Shown here in pieces: positions 49,517 to 60,700 of a stretch of DNA of 64,000 bases (the stretch's first letter is position 1; the number at the start of each line of letters is the position of its first letter). This stretch comes from Sphyrna mokarran. Taxonomy: Eukaryota. The notes beneath the pieces are model-generated. The model was not told the origin of the DNA. It saw nothing but the letters and a program-made list of their open reading frames with translations, and made no database searches. A program made the position numbers and the translations under genes. The stretch lies in NCBI GenBank assembly GCA_024679065.1, contig JAGIQG010000020.1:8866001-8930000 (forward strand), read 5' to 3'.

Positions 49517-52500
49517 TGCACTTGAGCAAGACGAAGACAAATGAAGTTCTTCAAATACACCCTAAGTTTTACATGAAGAAATGTAACAGGGATGGAAAGG
49601 GAGCACAGATGTAAATGCCCGCCAGATCCTTGTTCAAAAGAGACCAACCTGAAGGAGCTTCGAGAACATTCCACAGCAAGATGAGATGCAGGAAAGGGAC
49701 CTGAGAAAGGAATGCCAGTGATTTCGAGACCAAGGAGCAATGCCACCTCCCAGAAATACCTGCCAGATGTGGGGTCGAAGATGTGACTCTAGGATTGTGT
49801 TCGTTAAACATGCAAAGATCCACAGTACTCATGACCATTGATGTGGTGTTTCTTAGGTGGAAAATCATAATTATTAACAAGCAATCACCAAAAAATTAAA
49901 AAATTCTGAAATTGTTTCCAGTTTACAAAAGTACCTCCGCCCTGCCTTCAGCCAGGGCTGGCATTCTTCCTTCATCTACACTGTCAATCACAGTATCAAT
50001 TTGATGTCTTCCGAAGAGATCACTTCTCAATCTCCTAAATTCTAAAAGATGCAGATCCAGATTCCTCAATTGCTCCTGTTAGGACGATGTTGCCATCTCA
50101 GGAGTCAGTATAATGAAGCATTATTGCACACTGTCTATGGCAAATCGATCCTGCCTTGCCGAAGGAGAACAAAACCGGATGCATTAGCCATGTGCGGTCT
50201 CGCCAAGCTTCCATACGATTGTGCAAGACTTTTTTAATCAACACTCAAATCCTCTTGCAGCTATGGCCAACATGCCATTTGCCTTCCGAATTGCTTGCTT
50301 CAACTGAACGTTAGTTTACAGTCATTTATGACCGAGGACATCCAGGTCCCTTTGGACATCAATTCTTCCCAATCTCTCACTCTTCAAGAAATACACTCAA
50401 TCTGGTTTTGCTACCAAAGTGAATAACTTTTCAATATTTCCACGTTATATTTCATCTACCATATCCTTGTTCAGTCACTTGGCTGGTTTTTGAGTCTCTT
50501 TGCATCCTTCTCACAACTCATTTTCTCATCTAAAGCAAACATGGAAATATTACATTTTGTTCACAAATCCAAGCCATGGATATTGATTGTAAAAATCTAG
50601 GACACAAACTCTGCTCTTTCTGGCAACCCTCTAATCACAATATGTCAACCTGAAGGTGAGCGTCTATTCCTATAGTTTTTTTGGAGTCTGATAACCACTT
50701 CCCAATCCATGCCAGAATATTACAGCTAAATCCAATATGCCTTTTTGCATTTACTAATCTTATGAGTGGGACCTCATATAAAAAGTCTTTCAAAATCCAA
50801 ATACACCACATCTAACAACTTCCCGTTACCTATTCTGCAAGATATAACTTCAGAAAAAAAAACCAACAGGCCTTTCAAACGTTTTTCTCTTTCTAAATCC
50901 GTGTCGGTTCTGCACAATTCGACCATTCTTCACGAAATGCACGTCAAGTTATTTGTCTACTACTTCGGTCAGGCTTAAAGGTCTGTGGTTATACTTTTTT
51001 CTCTCTCTCTCCTTTCTTAAATAGTGAAGGTATATTTGATAACTTAAAATTTGCACCAGAATTTATAGAATTTTGTAACCCATCAGCGCGGTGTAGTGGC
51101 GAGCATTGCAGCCACACGTTGCCAAGGATCAGGATTCGATTCCAGCCTTAGGTGACTGGCTGGGTGGAATGTGCATATTCTCCCCGTGTCGATGGGGGTT
51201 TTCTCCCACAGACCAAAGATGTGCAGTTAGGTGGATTGGCTACGCTAATATTGCCTTATAATGTAGGTTCGGGGGATTCGTGGGGTAACTACGTGGGATT
51301 ACGGGCTTTGAGCCTGGGTTAGCTGCTCTGTCAGAGGGTCGATGCAGACGCGATGGGCTGAACGATCTGTTTGAGCACCGAAAGGATTCTATGAAGTTAT
51401 GATTTTATTCTATGAACCCGCTATCCCCACAGCCACCTCTTTTGAACATGTGGTCCAAATAGTCTTTTGGTTCAAATGAATTTCATTTTAACAAATTCAT
51501 GTTTTCCTGATCGTGATTCGTAAGCCGCCCGGTAGTTTCTGCTTATTGTACCGCAACATGTAAACGGCAATGTGGAATGGCCCTGTTGTCGTAGGCGGCG
51601 CTGTTCTAACAGAGGATAGTGTGTAACAGCGATGCGGGTGCTCACTTACACCAATTTAAGATAAGGTTCGTTAACTTTAAACGCAGTAACCTGCTTAAAA
51701 TCAGGTTTTACTGACAAATCTCAGAAGGATAACGGAGGAGAGAGGATGCTGAGCGATTTCTAAATGTAAATATTAAAAAGTAATATAATATGCCTAAGGT
51801 TATATTCGTAAAAGTAAACAAAAATACAATGTATTTTAATGACCATGGATTAGATCTCTTGCTATCATTACCAGCACTTTGCTTGCTTGTTGTTGAAGGC
51901 ACGCCTTTCAATATATTGTTGCATAATATATTGCTGTAAAGTACATGCAGTAATTCTATTACGCAACAGAAGTTTTGTTCTTTTTCCAAATTGCAATGCC
52001 ATGTGTTTAAAAAGAATTATAAGAAGTTTTAATTTACTTGTGCATTTTAAAATAAATCTTGATTGGTCTAATATCTTCAGTTAGAAATAATGTAGGTTCT
52101 ACATGTCAAAACACTATGTTATTGGCGTGCCTTATTTATTGTCGGTGAAACATACTTGAAATATGACACTTCTAAGGTGGCTTCCTTTGGTCTTGTCGGT
52201 TCCTTCATTAACATCGGGCGCAGAATGATTGATTTTCATAATTGAAAACCATCACCTACATTGCTTATACTTTGTGTTTTTACTGGTCTTTGCAACTTGC
52301 AATTTTACTTGCACCAATATATTTATGGCAGTCCGAAATCAATCTACACAATAAAAGCAGTGTACTGAAGGGAAATATTGATTTGTGATTTGTGTGAATT
52401 TTAAAAAGAACGATTCTTGTCTAAATTCAAGTAAAATCTGAGAGTGCTCGAACAATTCAGCAGGTCTGTCAGCATCTATGAAGAGAGAAACATAGTTCAC

Positions 52501-53445
52501 GATACAACTCTATATGTCTCTTCTTCCCAAAATCATTTTGGAATAAGAGTCATATTGGGTTCGAAATGTTAAATGTTTCTCGCTCCAGATAAACTGGCAG
52601 GGCAGCCAAGTTTTTCAAGCACGCTATCCCTTTATTGGAGATTTCCAGCATCCACAATATGCTGAATACTCGCTTCAACTTAACTGAGCTGCTTTCGGTC
52701 TAAGACCTCACAGAACCTGAAAATTCGATTTGATTTTTTGATTTGATTTGATTTATTATTGGCACATGCATTGGTATACAGTGAAAACTATTGTTTCTTG
52801 CCCGCTGTACAGACAGAACATACCGTTCATAGAGAAGGAAACGAGACAGTGCAGAAAGTAGCTGTTACAGTTGTAGCTAGGGTGGAGCGAAAGATCAACT
52901 TAATGCAAGGTGGGTCTATTCAAAAGTCTGATGGCAGCAGCAAATGCTTCATAATATACCTTACCGATCAATTAAAATGATTGTGTATTTTTTATAACAG
53001 CATGGTGCCGGAATTCAAAAGAGGATATTAGATGTGGCATAAATTTGTGTAACCTGATAATTTAGAAACTCTTACATTAAGCGCTGCGAATTTTTGCCAG
53101 AAACATACACATCATGATCACCGTTACTCACACACTCTAACATTCAGTCAGACCTATCGGGAAAATTATGTTGCAAGATTACTTCCATATGTATGCATAT
53201 GATTGGTGTCATTGACTTTACATAAATGCAGAACGCAACAAAGACAAACTTCACGATTCCTCACAATTAGAAAGTTGCTAGGAATTTATTCCATGGAAAC
53301 AGATTGATAATAATCACAACGTTTGAGTTAATGGCAGTAATTTTATTGCACTGGGAGTATTTGCAACATTACATTTTAACAGTTCAGGGTGAACACATTA
53401 AATACAGATAGCGAGACCAAGTCAACAACCTGCCGATTGTGATGA

Positions 53446-53470
53446 TTTATTTAAAATGTGCCTCTTTATT
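53446..53470 (-). terminator. Cluster 3 polyadenylation signals
   Basis: Two AATAAA on the minus strand (53465-53470, 53446-53451). Confidence 0.7.
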
Positions 53471-53536
53471 GCAGTTGATATTTTGTGAAACAAACATTGC
53501 TACTAAGATAACAAATCAGCGCACAAAATCTTGGAA

Positions 53537-53859
53537 TCACATACAGCTGGATCTGGAGATGCTTGTTTGAAGCGGGTTTGCTTGAGTCTCGTGTTTAACC
53601 ACACAGGAGTAAAGCTCGTGTGAGTTCCAGTCTGAGGCTGACAGAGTCAGATAACTGCTCACACTGAACGTGTTGTCCGCCTCTTGCTGGACCCGACTGG
53701 TCTCAACCCCATTCCCTCTGACGCTGCCATCTACAGTCCATTCAATCTCCGCAGCTCCGGGGTTAAAACCGCTCACCAAACACACCAGGGTCGCCATGTT
53801 CTTGGCTGTGATTTGATCCGGTGAAGGCGGAAGCACCGACACAGAGGGGCTCCGTGGTT
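53537..53859 (-). CDS. IGLC: Ig light chain cluster 3, constant exon
   Basis: Acceptor ctcttcag|AA; PRSPSVSVLPPSPDQITAKNMATLVC...YSCVVKHETQANPLQTSISRSSCM*; 323 nt. Confidence 0.97.
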
Positions 53860-56800
53860 CTGAAGAGTGGATAAAAGAAATAAGATGCATTCTTAAATGA
53901 CAGAAAGAGTCAGAATCAATGTTTTGCATTGTTGAAACCTTTGAAGATTGCATGTCACTGTACAAAACTGCAGAGAAATTAATACAAGGAATCTTCATTA
54001 ATGTTAACTGCACAGCCGCTGTCTCGAATACTTTTGAACAATATATATTCTATTAAGATATCCCTAATTTTTCTACAAGACTAGAAACACGTGCAATATC
54101 TTAAGTAGAAATTGAATCTTAGCGAAAATGAAAGCATCGCAATGTAAAAAGCAAATGATCGGCATTCGGAGTAAATCTTGAAACAAAGTCGGGAGTAAAG
54201 ATTCCTCCCAATTAAACATATAACGTTTGATTCTCAACAGTGTACTGCTCGACAAACTATTAAGAACTTTCTAGTTGTCACTTCTTTACACAAAAATGTA
54301 ACATTGGGCTAATATCTGGAGTACTCTTCATTCACTGCCATGGCTGCTTTGCATCTTTGTAGCTTGCACCAGGTTTCTCACCAGTTCTCACAGCCATTTC
54401 CTCACTGCCCCAACTCTGGTCCGATTATAATGTGTAACCCTGCAGGAGACTGTTCCGTTACATTCCGAATAATTTATCGGGAACATCATTGGGCTACAGC
54501 GTCACAAGTGGAAACTTTTCAACAAGCAAAAAAAAAGTTTCCTACAAATAACGCTACTTATGTAACCAGTGATATCCAAGTCATATAATAATTATCAAAC
54601 AAGTCTCAGTGCACAAACAATGTAACCAATGTAACTTGGTCAATAATTTATATCTCAACCAATATCGCTTCAATCGATTAATTGCTGACTGAAGTTTGTG
54701 GGACTTTGTCCTGCCGAAATATGCTACCCCGTTTCTTACAAGCATGGCTGACGTGAAAACAAACTGCACAAAATACTAAAATAGGCTCTGATATCCTGAG
54801 GTCGTGATGGGCGCTATGCTAATGTAAGTTCTTTGCTTTTATTTTTAAGAGGGAATATTCCCATGATAGTAACAATGAATTTTTACCCGGGGTAAAATGA
54901 TTGAAGACAATGTCACAATCTGCTGCTTGTTTGACTAACCATTCACACCAGGCTGTACAAGAAGCAACTGCAATGCCCGACTCCCGGTATTTTTTAATTC
55001 AATGTAAAGCAAAGGAGAAAATGTTGAACCATTACTGCATTTACCCCAATTCTATAATTAGATGCCACATAAGCTATCCATTGCAGTCCAGAGAATTTCG
55101 CTTTGGGACATATAAGGTTGCCTTACATTTTTGACACAATAATTGGGAGACTGAACCGTGCAATCTGACAAGTGCATGTAACCCCGCCATTCGGAGTTTT
55201 ATAATATTCCAGAACTGAACTGAGCATCATAATATAAAAATATCCGAAATCCCATGGAATTATTGAGCAATCTTTGCTATCTGTGTGAATCTTTGCAAAA
55301 ATGCGTCGACACCAAGGACTGTATTATTGGAGGAATAACGGAACATATTAAATTTTCTATCTTATCCTTATCATCGTGATACCGCCGGTGGAAAAAAACA
55401 CAATGCGATGGAGTACGCGAATTTTCAGTAATACAAATCGTCTCAGGCTGATCACAGAACCAGGAGTAAGGTTCAATTGAGTTAATAAAAAAGCAGGTGC
55501 AACAATCTGAACGCCTGATGCGAGATACGCGCATGCAATTCATCAGGATGGAAGTTAATGGGTCAGTGACATGTTAAGGAAGTAGATGTAATTTCAGTTA
55601 CAGATGTTTGTTATTCAGTTATGCCGAAAATGGAAGAGCGCTGACAATTATCACTAACTAATGGCTCGTATTTTTATTCTATTCTGCGGTCGGGGGTGGG
55701 GGGAGGCGATGGTATGGATTGTTCAAAATCTTTTTAATTCTCCTCCGAACGTTTTCGCTGAGTTTGGAGACGAGATTGAGTTGCAACAAGTTATCACACA
55801 TTAACGTTACCAATCCGAGAATGGGGATTAATGTGCAGTATTATTCTAAGTGGAATGATTTTGCAATTTAACCTTTTTACTGGCGCTATCCATCTAAAAA
55901 AAATACTTAGAATCTTGGAATTCTGGGACACAGAATGAGGCCAAACGCATTCTTTGGAAAGAGCGCGTCCTGAGCCGATTTCCTACACATTTGTGTTTAT
56001 TTCTAGAATATTTCTCCATTTCGCCATTGTTCTGCTTGCCCTATTAATACAGGTAAGATGCAGGAGTGCGAACAGCCCCTTGGCCAAACAATATATCCTA
56101 TCGTGCCACTTTTGCTCTCTCGCAATGAAATTCAATTCGCAAGTTACCAACTGACCGGAAGGTGGAAATTTCAGCTTCCATCTCGCTGGTAAAATTCTTT
56201 TATTGCATTCTGGGTGTAGGTAGAGGTATGGAGTATTGAGAATCTTTTTTTTTTCTGAACGGTTTCACTCAGTTTGGAGACAAGATTGAGTTGCAGCAAA
56301 TTATCACATTAACGCTGCCAATCCGAGAAGGGGGATTAATGTGCAGAATTGCTCGAAGTGGAATGAACTTTTGATTTTGTAACTTAACCTTTTAACCAGC
56401 CCTATCCATCTCCAAAACTCTGTGGGATTCTTAAAATCTTGGAATTCTGGAACATACAATGAGGCCAAACGCCTTCTTTGAAAAGAGCGCGTCCTGAGTC
56501 AATTTCCGACATAATTGAGTTTCATTCTTAGAATATTTCTCCATGTTACCATGGTTCCGATCGCCTTATTAATACACATATAATGCGAACGGCCCCGATC
56601 AAAACAATCTATCCTATCCCATCCCTTCCGCCCTCTTTCAATGAGATTCATTTAATGTTCTCAGGCGATCGACTGGCCTGAAGGTGGAAATTTCAGCTTC
56701 CATCTCGCTGGAAGGATATGGAGCAAATTTCCGCCAGAGCATTCAGGAAGATCCCAGTAAACTTAGTTTCACCCTCTCTCTGTCCTAGTTAAAACCGGGT

Positions 56801-57041
56801 GGTATAGTTTCATCTAAGGAAAGATTGTCCCGGGCACGTTTAAAAACCGAGATATTCCTTGTAAAATTGGTCGCACTGGCTAACTTCTGAACGGCACATG
56901 ACATAGGATCACCAGCTCTCTCTAAATGTATTTATATGACAATAGCCGTGATTTGCTATAATTCAATCTGTCAAGCCAACATGTTTAAAGTGTTTTTTTT
57001 CCCCTAAGTGTCCGCAGTAAAGAGGTAAATAATTTACTTAC

Positions 57042-57383
57042 TTGCCAGATTCAGCTTGGTTCCTCTCCCGAAGGTGGATATTCCGCTACTCGCTACAGAA
57101 CAGTAATAATCGGCGGCGTCCTCCGATTGAACGTTGGTGATGGTTAAATGCATCATGTTACTCGATGAGTCCACTGACCCGGCGAATCGATCTGGAATAC
57201 CCGAAGCCATACCATCACTCTCGGACCAAACAAGCACAGGGGCGCTGCGGGGTTTCTGCCAGTACCAGCTCGTGTAGTAGCTGCCAATGCTGCCTCCGGA
57301 TAGGGTACAGGTGATCTTGACAGTCTTTCCCGGGGAAGTTGAAATGGATCCTGGCTGGTTCAGGACAATATCTCCGATGGTAC
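57042..57383 (-). CDS. IGLV: Ig light chain cluster 3, germline-joined VJ exon; CDR3 SVASSGIST
   Basis: Manual translation is fully open: DIVLNQPGSISTSPGKTVKITCTLSGGSIGSYYTSWYWQKPRSAPVLVWSESDGMASG...DYYCSVASSGISTFGRGTKLNLA. 342 nt. The ORF track shows only its 3' half because of a stop in the upstream intron. Confidence 0.96.
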
Positions 57384-57517
57384 CTGGTGAAATAAGTATT
57401 GATTTGTCAGGCTCTACAACTGTGAATATTGTTTACAATTCAGCTCCGTTAAAGCCAACCATAGAGAATAAGTGCAGTAAAAATAGCAACAAGAGAGAGA
57501 GTTACCGCAACACCTAC

Positions 57518-57560
57518 TGTGGAAACAGAGCATTAATGCGACAAGAACTCGAACAGTCAT
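57518..57560 (-). CDS. IGL: Ig light chain cluster 3, leader exon
   Basis: Same 43-nt leader; donor A|GTAGGT. Confidence 0.93.
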
Positions 57561-57621
57561 GGTGAAGGTCGTAGTGAGGGTCAGATTGAAATACGTCTTG
57601 ATACAGGATGTTGCTGGACTC

Positions 57622-57742
57622 CTTATAAAGCTCTCCTTCAGAAGTTTCAACCTTGACAACGTCATTGAATATTAAATATGTATGCAAAACCCCGTCAAGT
57701 GGGCAATAGGGTTTCTTGCCCTGAGTTGACTGCCATTTGCAT
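57622..57742 (-). promoter_or_regulatory. Cluster 3 promoter: TATAAG, imperfect proximal octamer, perfect distal octamer
   Basis: TATAAG at about 57622-57627; TTTTGCAT at 57682-57689; ATGCAAAT at 57735-57742. Confidence 0.8.
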
Positions 57743-60700
57743 AGGCTTATGTCAACTATTTTAGAGGAGGGATAACAAAATGTCAAAAAATAGATTTCAA
57801 ACCGTGAATAAATGAATACCAGAAAAATGAAATGGCGGGTAAAACATGAGTGACTGGGTGACCAGGATAGGTGGGCTTTAAAAACGTGAGCAGGACAATA
57901 AAGCGGAAAAGCTGAAGGCAGTAAATTGGTTTGTGATTATATGATTTTGCAGAAACTCGAATTCGAAAAGCAGAGTGCGAGTTGAGTTCGAGCAGAGCGA
58001 GAAATTAAAGAGATTGAGCAGTGTCCTTGTTGACAGCACATGACAGATAAATGAGCGGATGGACAGAGAGGCAGAGCGATAGATAGATAGAGGGATGGAC
58101 GGACGGAACGGAAAGAAAGAAAGAACAGACATGTCGGCAGAGAGGTAGAAAGACACATAGACAGACAGATAGGTATAGACAGAGAGAGTGAGAGATGGAC
58201 AGACAGACAAAAAGGTAGACAGATAGAAAGAGAGAGAGAAGGAGAAAGGCAGACAGACAGTGAAGGATGGAAAATGCGCTGGAATATTTGATGTTGATTG
58301 CACCTTGTGTTATTGGTGAACTGCCAGGCATGGAAAGCCTTGGTGAATTAAGTGCATTGAGAGAAATATAGACGATGAAATGAAGTTTTATTAATCAGTC
58401 TGGGAGGGATACTTTTTGTCACACGAAACTGCGAATTTATTATGTCAACACTTTGAAGAATGAATGGTGAACGGTCAAATAAAGCAGACGTTCCTTAAAA
58501 TTGTGATAGTTATCGAAGCTTCAAGATCAAGCATGGACTGCGGCCTGATCGTAGAAAATATTATACTAAATTCCATTTGTACCTAGTTTGAAAATAGCGT
58601 CTAACATTCACAACAAATACATAAATATTCATAGAATCATAAAATCCCTGCAGAAGCCGGCCTTTCGGCATATCAAGCCTGCATCTACAACAATCCTCCA
58701 GGTCCATAACCTCACCCATTTACTCCACCAATTCCTTGACAGGATAGGACAATTCAGCGTGGCCAATCCACTTAACCTGTATATCTCTTGATTGTGGAGG
58801 GAAACTGGAGCAACAGGAGGAATCCCATGTAGACACAGGAGATCTTCACACAGACAGTCACACAAGGCTGGATTTGAATCCGGCTCGCTGGAGCTGTGAG
58901 GCAGCAGCGCTAGAAATTGTGCCACTGTGTCACCCTTAAAAACTAACAATAAACTAATAATAGTTAGTGATGCGATAATCTTCTGATTTTCTCCAGATGA
59001 ACGTCCGGCTGGGGACTGATTGATTTAGTTAGCTGGGATACCTCGCGCGTGTATCAGACCAATGCTCTACGACGCTGGTTCAATTCCCGTTCTGGCTCCG
59101 GTGGACTCGGGACCTGCCATCTGCCCCTGCGCCTGAGAGTGAAGACAATGGCAAACTATCACTGACAAAACCTGCATGAAAACGGCTCAGACCAAAGCAT
59201 CAGCAGACAGTGGGCCAAGGTCCTGCTTTCTGCAGACGCCATTTGGACAACTGAACAGGAGAGGTACCGGTGCATTAGGAAATAGCGAAATGTGCCAACC
59301 CTGTTCAGGAATAGGTGGAAGGAAATTTCTAATATATATGGACTGGACAGTTGATAAATAAGGCTTCAGAAAGGCAGACATTCGAAGATAATTGAGTTTG
59401 TTGAAGTGAGGCAGCACGGGTTTGTGAAAAATCAAGTTGCTTTTGACTAACAAAATTGCATTTTCTCAGTCAGCAGCAAAATGTTTGCTGAAGTAAATGC
59501 GTGCTGTTTATATAGATTTTAAGAAATCCTTTGGCAAAGTCCCACATAAAAGATTGTTTAACAAAATTGATGATCATGGAATAGGAGGGTTACTTTCACG
59601 TTCGACTTGTAATAAATGCCTTGACAGAAAAGAATAACTTGTACTCTTTTTTAAGAATGGGGGATGATAAATATTGGTATTTCCTAGCTGTCAGTGTTGA
59701 GAAAATTGGCCCGATATAAAACATCAAAGTACGGCAAACAGTGAGAATGATAACTATTCATTACAACAACGCATAGATAACATCAGGAATTCACATAGTG
59801 AATGTAACAAGAGACAGATGAAATTTAATGCAGGTATTTGAGCTGGCGAATTTTGCCAGAGGGAATAGAGCGAGGCAATACATTTTTACCTTAATTTCAG
59901 GAATGGGATGTGGACATCGTGGCCTCGGTCAGTATGTATTCTTCAACCCTAATTAACCCTGAGAAGGGTATTTCTGTAGACATGATATACATTTGAATTC
60001 CAAAGTTCTAAATGCTGTGCAGGGCTAGGGGGCTGCGAGCATATTGAGAGATTCGTTGCTTTTTTTTTCATGGAATGTGAACATGAATGTCAACGCCAGG
60101 ATTTTTTGTCATAAGTTCACAAGAAAATAAGAACTGGGGACCAGGAATAAGCCATCTGGCTCCTCGAGCCTGCTCCGCCATTCAATAGGATCATGGCTGA
60201 TGTTTTCCGGACTCTATTCCACTAATCCGCTCACTCACCATCAACTATAATTCCTTTATGGTTTAAATTTTATCTGTCCTTACATTGAAGACATTCATCC
60301 AGGCAGCTTTAACTGCTGCACAGGGCAGGGAATTTCACAGATTCAGACCCCTTTGGGTGAAGAAGTTCCGTCTTATTTCACTTCTAAATATTCTCCTCTG
60401 TATTTTGCGGTCATCTCCCTTAGTTCAAATGCCAGTGGAAACAACCTCCTTGCTTCTATTTTATCTATTCCTTTCATAATCTTATATGTTTCTATAAGAT
60501 TACCCTCATTCTTCTGAATTCCAATAAGCAGAGTCCCAGGCTACTCAGTTTCTTCTCTCAACCTCTCAACTCCAAAATCAAACTCTTGAACCCCCACTGC
60601 ACCCCCTCCAATGCCATTATGTCCTTTCTTAAGTAAGGAGACCAAAACTGTACACAGTCCTCCAGGTGTGGCCTCACAAGGACCTTATACAGATGCAGCA

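Noticed and set aside
57034-57237. Cluster 3 V appearing truncated or pseudogenic in the ORF track
   Set aside because: Manual translation of 57383-57042 is fully open; the short ORF is an artefact of start-codon calling.
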